NCBI GenBank assembly: GCA_963750165.1
Contig: CAVVPN010000012.1
Coordinates: 896,001-960,000 of the forward strand
Length of the DNA: 64,000 nucleotides
From: an uncultured Gemmataceae bacterium
Lineage (GTDB): Bacteria > Planctomycetota > Planctomycetia > Gemmatales > Gemmataceae
Direction: 5' to 3'
Shown: in pieces, positions 58,814 to 64,000 of the stretch
Numbering within the stretch: the stretch's first letter is position 1
Layout: each line of letters starts with the position of its first letter
Program-made: the position numbers and the translations under genes
Notes under the pieces: generated by a model
Database searches by the model: none
Told to the model about the DNA's origin: nothing
Seen by the model: the letters and a program-made list of their open reading frames with translations, nothing else

Positions 58814-58883
58814 AGATGCTTGTACCTCTGTGTTCCGCCGCTTGCGGCTTGCGCGCTGCGACCCTTCTGACGTTAACTGGGTA

Positions 58884-61327
58884 TCAGCGCGCTAAGCCAC
58901 AAGCGACGGACCAATCAAACCCCCGCGTGCGAACCCGCTTCGAGCTCCGAGGCCGGCCTGGCGCCCCGGCCGAGCGCTCCAGCCGCCGCGGCTGGCGTCC
59001 GTTGGGCTCGAAGAAGTCCGGGTCCGCCGTGAGCAGCAATCCCTCCACGTCCAGGAACTCCGTCACGCGCCCCTGAATGACCGCCGAGAACAGCACGCCG
59101 GGCCGGTTGGTGCGCGAGCGGATCGTGATCGCCTCCTCCACGATGTCAAGAATGCGGCCGACCACCAGGCCGACCTGCTGCCCCTCACCGGCGAAGACCA
59201 CCACCTGCACGGTGTCGCGGTGCTCGGCCGCCTCGGGCGGGGGGACGTCCGCCAGCCGGCGCGCGCTGCGCGGCAAACCGCGACCACCCTCCTGACGGCG
59301 CTTCTTCCGCAGCAACCGCGACACATGGAACAGTGGCAAAATCTCGTCCCGATACTGTACCACGTCCTGCGTGCCAACGCGCTCCAGGGCCGTGCGCGGG
59401 AACTCCTCCAGACGTGACACCTGCGACAGCGGAATGGCCATGCGGCTGCCGTCCTCAATGACGAACAGCAGCACCGTTTGCGTGTCCGCGGTCCGGCCCG
59501 GGGCGGCGGGGGCCTTCTCGGTCAGGGCGCTGTGCCGCATACCGGACAGGACGTTCGACTTCTGGGCCAGGCCCATGATGTCCAGGATCAGCGCCACCTT
59601 GCCGTCGCCCATGATGGTCGCGCCCGAGAACGCGGTGATGCCCTTGAGTTGCTTTTGCAACGGCTTGACGACGATCTCCTCGGTGTCGTGGATGGCGTCC
59701 ACCATCAGGCCGAACTGCCGGTCCTCCGCCTGCAGCACGACGATGTTGACCTCACCGGGCGGCGGTGTGGCGGCCTCGGTCAGGCCCAGTTCGCGGTTGA
59801 GGTAGACCAGCGGCAGCAGGTTGCCACGCAGCCGGTAGACCGGCGCTCCGTGAATGCGCTCGATGCCGCGCTGGGCCTGGTCGCCTTCGAGACGCACCAG
59901 CTCCAGCAGGCTCACCTGCGGGATGGCGTAGCGGTCGCCGCCGGTGGTGATGGTCAACGCCGGGATGATGGCCAGCGTCAGTGGGATTTTCATCTGCACG
60001 GTGGTGCCGCGGCCCAGGTGGCTCTCGATGCTGACAGTGCCGCCGGTCTTCTCGACGTTGGTGCGCACCACGTCCATACCGACGCCGCGGCCCGAGAACT
60101 GCGTGATGCGGTCCACGGTCGAGAAGCCGGGCAGGAATATCAGGTTGACCAGCTCGCCATCGGTCAGACGGTCGGCCTGATCGGGCGTGATGAGCTTGGC
60201 GTGGATGGCCTTTTCGCGGACGCGCAGCGGGTCGATCCCGGCGCCGTCGTCGGTGATCTCCAGGATCACCTTGCCGCCCTCGTGAAAGGCGTGCAGCGAC
60301 AGCCGGCCCTGCGCCGGCTTGCCCAGGGCCACGCGCCGGGCTGGCGGCTCAATGCCGTGGTCCACGGCGTTGCGCACCAGATGCGTCAGCGGGTCGCGCA
60401 CGGCCTCCAGGATGGTCTTGTCCAGTTCGGTGTCCTGGCCCTCCATTTCGACGCGCACCTGCTTGCCGCAGGCCACCGCCAGATCGCGGACCACGCGCGG
60501 GAACTTGCTCCAGATGTTGTTGATCGGCTGCATGCGCGTCTTCATGACGTTGGCTTGCAGTTCGGTCGTCAACAGGTTGAGCCGCTTGACCGTGCCCAGG
60601 AAGGAGGCGTCCTCGGAGGAAATGCTGAACTGCATGATCTGGTTGCGCGCCAGCACCAGTTCGCCGACGAGGGTCATGAGCTTGTCGAGCAGCAGCACGT
60701 CCACGCGGATGGCGCTGTCGGAGACGACGGGGCGCGCGGCTCGGCGCCTTCGAGGGTCGGCAGCTCGCCGGGGGCGAACATCACGCTCGGCGGTGAGACC
60801 ACGATCGGCGGCGGTGGCGCCGCAGCGGCGGGCGGGCGCGGGGCGGCCGGCCCGCGCGTCGGAGCCGGCGGCGGTGGGGGAGGCGGTGCGACGGCCACCG
60901 GCGCATCGTCATCCTCGCCGTTCGCCTCCACGTCGGCCAGCGGCCTGGCCTTGACCTCTTGCAGCGCTTCCAGGGCCTGGATCAGCTCGGAGAAGTCGGC
61001 CTCGCCCTCCTCGCCGGACACTTCCAGGGCCGTGAGCATGCGCCGCAGGGCGTCCACCACGGCCAGCAGGACGTTGGCGGTGTCGGCGTCGAAGACGAGA
61101 ACGCCATCGCGGAGGCGGCTGAACACCTGCTCGGCGGCGTGCGAGAGCGCTTGCAGCTGCTGCAGGCCGAGGAAGCCAGCGGTGCCCTTGATGGTGTGCA
61201 GGGTGCGGAAGGCCCGGGCCAGGGTCTCGCGCTCGGTCGGGTGCTTCTCCAGGGCGACCAGGTCGAGATCCAGCTGGGCCAGGTTTTCGTTCGTCTCCAG
61301 CAAGAAATCGCGCAGGATTTCGTTCAT
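58884..61327 (-). CDS. cheA: chemotaxis histidine kinase CheA with two C-terminal CheW domains (frameshift at ~60730)
   Basis: Hpt FRTLHTIKG; IRVDV..LDKLMTLVGELVLARNQ, HLVRNAVDHG, DDGAG, SGRGVGMD; +1 C in a C-run joins the two frames. Confidence 0.93.
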
Positions 61328-61409
61328 GGACGTCTCACAGGTTGACTGAACCAGGCCGAGTAACTTCACCCCGTTGTGGCCCGGTCGGGAGACCGGGTCA
61401 CAACCTGGG

Positions 61410-62975
61410 TCACGCCAGCCGCGTCCGGCCCGCGACCAGGCACAGCGCCTCGACCAGTTCCTTTGGCGAAAACGGCTTGCGCAGCAGGATCGACTGAGCG
61501 CACATGGTGAATTGTTTGGTCTCGGCCCCCTGCGCCTCGCTGGAAATGAGCACGAAGCCGGGGGCGGGGTCGCGGTCGGCGCGGACCTGCTGGGCCAGCA
61601 ATACGCCGCTCATGTCTGCCAGGTGCAGAGCGCTGACAACCACGTCAGGCAGGTCGGCGGCCACCGCCCGCAGCGCCTCCGCCGCGGACTGCACGGCCAC
61701 GACCTGGCGAACATCATTCTCCTGCAAATATTTCTGGATGATGGCCGACTGGGTGCGCGACGGCTCGACCAGGAGCAGCTTCAGCGTCGGCAGGCGGCTG
61801 CGGTCGAACAGCGGCGGCTCGTCGGAATAAGCCGCCGGGGGCGTGTCGGCGCTGGTCTTGCCCGCGGGCGGCGGCACGGTCGAGGGCCGGTTGCCGTCCG
61901 CCTTCCCCGCCGCTGCCGCCGGCGCCGCGGTGGCGCCGGCGGCGCTCAAGCCCAGCGCCTCCAGGTCGCGCACGACCTCGGCCATCGACTGATAGCGGGC
62001 CTCGGGGGTCTTGGCCATCATGCGGCGGAACACCTCTTCCAGCGCGGCGGGCACATCGGGCCGGTCGGCGGTCAGCGCCGGGATCGGTAATTCGCGGTGC
62101 TTGATGAGCGTGTCCATCGGCGTCTGGCCGACGTAGGGAGCGTGGCCGGTCAGCAGGAAGTACAGGGTGGCGCCCAGGCTGTAAATGTCGCCGCGCTGAT
62201 CGGTGGCGGCCGGGTCCATCGCCTGCTCCGGCGACATGTAATCCACGGTGCCGAGGATGCCGCCGGCCTGCGTCAGACCGTTGGCCGCGGCGCCTGCGGG
62301 GCCGGTCAACCGGGTCAGGCCGAGGTCCAGCAGCTTGACGGTGCCGCTGGCGTCGCGCAGCAGATTGGCCGGCTTGATGTCGCGGTGGATCATCCGCTGG
62401 CGGTGAACGTAATCCAATCCGCGGGCCGCTTGCAGGATGCACTGCACCGCCTCGGCCACCGGCAGCGGTCCCTGTTTCTGCACCACGCCGGAGAGATCCT
62501 GGCCGTTGACGTACTCCATCACCAGGAAGTGGCCGGCCCTGGCCTCATCGGCGTCGAAGGCCATGACGATATTGGGGTGGCTCAGCTGGGCAATGGCCTC
62601 CACCTCACGCTGGAAGCGCTGGACAAACGTCTTGTCCTTGCACAGATTGCGGGTCAGGACTTTCAGGGCGACCACGCGCTTCATGCGGCGGTGCCGGGCC
62701 TTGTAGACGGCGCCCATGCCGCCGGCGCCGATTTTGTCGAGGATAACGTAGTTGCCGATGTGCAACTTCTCGTAGCGTTTGTTGAGCACGGCGTCGAGCT
62801 GAAACGGCGTCAACGTGCCCTGCTCGACCAGGGCCTGGGCCAGGGTGGTGCCGTCGGCGCCCGGGCACAGGGACTCGGCGTGCTCCAATTCCTCCGCGGA
62901 AAGGATTTTGCTTTCCTTGAGGCTGTCGAGCAGCTCCTGTCGGCCCAGGCCCGCTTGTATTTGCGCTTGCTTCAT
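61410..62975 (-). CDS. Ser/Thr protein kinase with C-terminal pseudo-receiver domain
   Basis: GAGGMGAVY, VALK, HRDIKPANLL, DLG, YMSPEQ; REC-like LLVEPS...PDVVVSALHLADMSG...KPF. Confidence 0.9.
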   Translation of the reverse strand: MKQAQIQAGLGRQELLDSLKESKILSAEELEHAESLCPGADGTTLAQALVEQGTLTPFQLDAVLNKRYEKLHIGNYVILDKIGAGGMGAVYKARHRRMKRVVALKVLTRNLCKDKTFVQRFQREVEAIAQLSHPNIVMAFDADEARAGHFLVMEYVNGQDLSGVVQKQGPLPVAEAVQCILQAARGLDYVHRQRMIHRDIKPANLLRDASGTVKLLDLGLTRLTGPAGAAANGLTQAGGILGTVDYMSPEQAMDPAATDQRGDIYSLGATLYFLLTGHAPYVGQTPMDTLIKHRELPIPALTADRPDVPAALEEVFRRMMAKTPEARYQSMAEVVRDLEALGLSAAGATAAPAAAAGKADGNRPSTVPPPAGKTSADTPPAAYSDEPPLFDRSRLPTLKLLLVEPSRTQSAIIQKYLQENDVRQVVAVQSAAEALRAVAADLPDVVVSALHLADMSGVLLAQQVRADRDPAPGFVLISSEAQGAETKQFTMCAQSILLRKPFSPKELVEALCLVAGRTRLA

Positions 62976-63482
62976 GGATGACTTGTTGGGTTGCTGGGCT
63001 TTCAGGGCCCGCGGTTCGTGAACCGCAGGGAGTTGCCGTTCCGTTGCCAGACAACCTGTCTGCCGCAAACGGATGTTATTATAACTGACTGCCCCTGCCA
63101 ATCTACCAAATCTCGGATTTTCCGGCGGGATTTTGCGCAAGCCGGGGTGCCGCGTCGGCACAGGCGGGATTTGCCGCCGGGTGGACTGCGGTCGGTGCGG
63201 GATGGGCACGGACGGCCTGCCAGAGTGGCTCTGGGAGTCGTTGGCTGGCCGCGGCTGTCAGAGCAAGGGGGCCAAGACTGCCAAGGGGGCCAACTTTTTC
63301 ACACGTCGAGATCCGGGTCAAGAAAGGATCTGCTGCTACTTTTTCTGCTTTCCGCCCCACTTTTTGCCGAGCAGTGTCCTGGTTCGCCAGAGGGTGATCG
63401 TACCAATGCCCACTCCCTGGCACAGGACAGGTCGGATACATTATTTCTCAGCCATCATCGACCCCGCCACGGAGGAGCCGCC

Positions 63483-64000
63483 GTGACCGTCTCGCCGGAA
63501 ACCCGCGCCCTGCTGGCCCTGAACCTGGCGCCCGACCTTGGGCCGCTGCGCACCGCCGCGCTGATCGAGCGCTTCGGCTCCGCGGCGGCGGTGCTGCAGG
63601 CGTCGGCGGCCCAACTTGGTCAGGTCGATCACATCAGCGGCCGCCTCGCGGGGAAGCTCAGCGCCGCCCTGCGCGACATCAACGTGGACGAGGAGGTGGC
63701 ACTGCTGGCCGCCCATCAGACGCACCTGCGCGTCCTCGGCGGCCTGGATTACCCGCCGGCTCTGGCGACCATCGCCGCGGCGCCGCACCTGCTCTATGTC
63801 CGCGGCACCATCGAGCCGCGCGACGCCAACGCGGTGGCCCTGGTCGGTTCGCGCGACTGCACGACCTACGGCAAGCGCGTCGCCGAGCAACTGGCGGGCG
63901 ACCTGGCCCGGGCGGGCTTCACGGTGATTTCGGGGCTGGCTCGTGGCATCGACGCCTCAGCACACCGCGGAGCGCTGGAGGCCGGCGGCAGGACGCTGGC
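63483..64000 (+). CDS. dprA: DNA-protecting protein DprA (5' part, runs off the window)
   Basis: YPPALATI..PHLLYVRG, VALVGSR..T.YG, VISGLARGIDASAHRGAL. Confidence 0.95.
   Translation, partial: MTVSPETRALLALNLAPDLGPLRTAALIERFGSAAAVLQASAAQLGQVDHISGRLAGKLSAALRDINVDEEVALLAAHQTHLRVLGGLDYPPALATIAAAPHLLYVRGTIEPRDANAVALVGSRDCTTYGKRVAEQLAGDLARAGFTVISGLARGIDASAHRGALEAGGRTL

Overview
This is a GC-rich chromosomal window, most likely from a Gemmataceae-type planctomycete. That is inferred from the MTEAEWL...HVRGCW paralog, the ECF sigma factor with a long C-terminal extension, the PPC-domain and squalene-cyclase-repeat proteins, and the many palindromic repeats. Housekeeping genes include polA, coaE, rho, ribH, rsmH, amtB-glnK and the start of dprA. 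There are two complete chemosensory clusters: a Wsp-like one led by a REC-PP2C output protein, and a cheA-W-mcp-Y-B-R-X cluster preceded by a Ser/Thr kinase with a pseudo-receiver domain. Other notable genes are a SWIM-ligase-WGR DNA ligase, an HMG-CoA reductase/UbiA pair and one intact IS3 element. The most interesting signals are mostly not visible in the ORF track. (1) A secreted thioredoxin-fold protein is split by a single in-frame TGA at the position of the Sec residue in selenoprotein N, with a hairpin just downstream; it is a candidate unannotated selenoprotein. (2) A hidden three-gene operon carries a Tox-ART-HYD1-like toxin with a nonsense codon, and its putative immunity gene is interrupted by the IS3. 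(3) A TerY-P-like vWA gene is paired with a kinase fused to an apparently dead PP2C domain. (4) A ~180-bp dispersed intergenic element occurs twice. (5) Palindromic repeats sit in-frame in protein linkers. About eight apparent frameshifts, several in homopolymer runs, suggest long-read assembly errors. All family assignments come from motif recognition, not from database searches.
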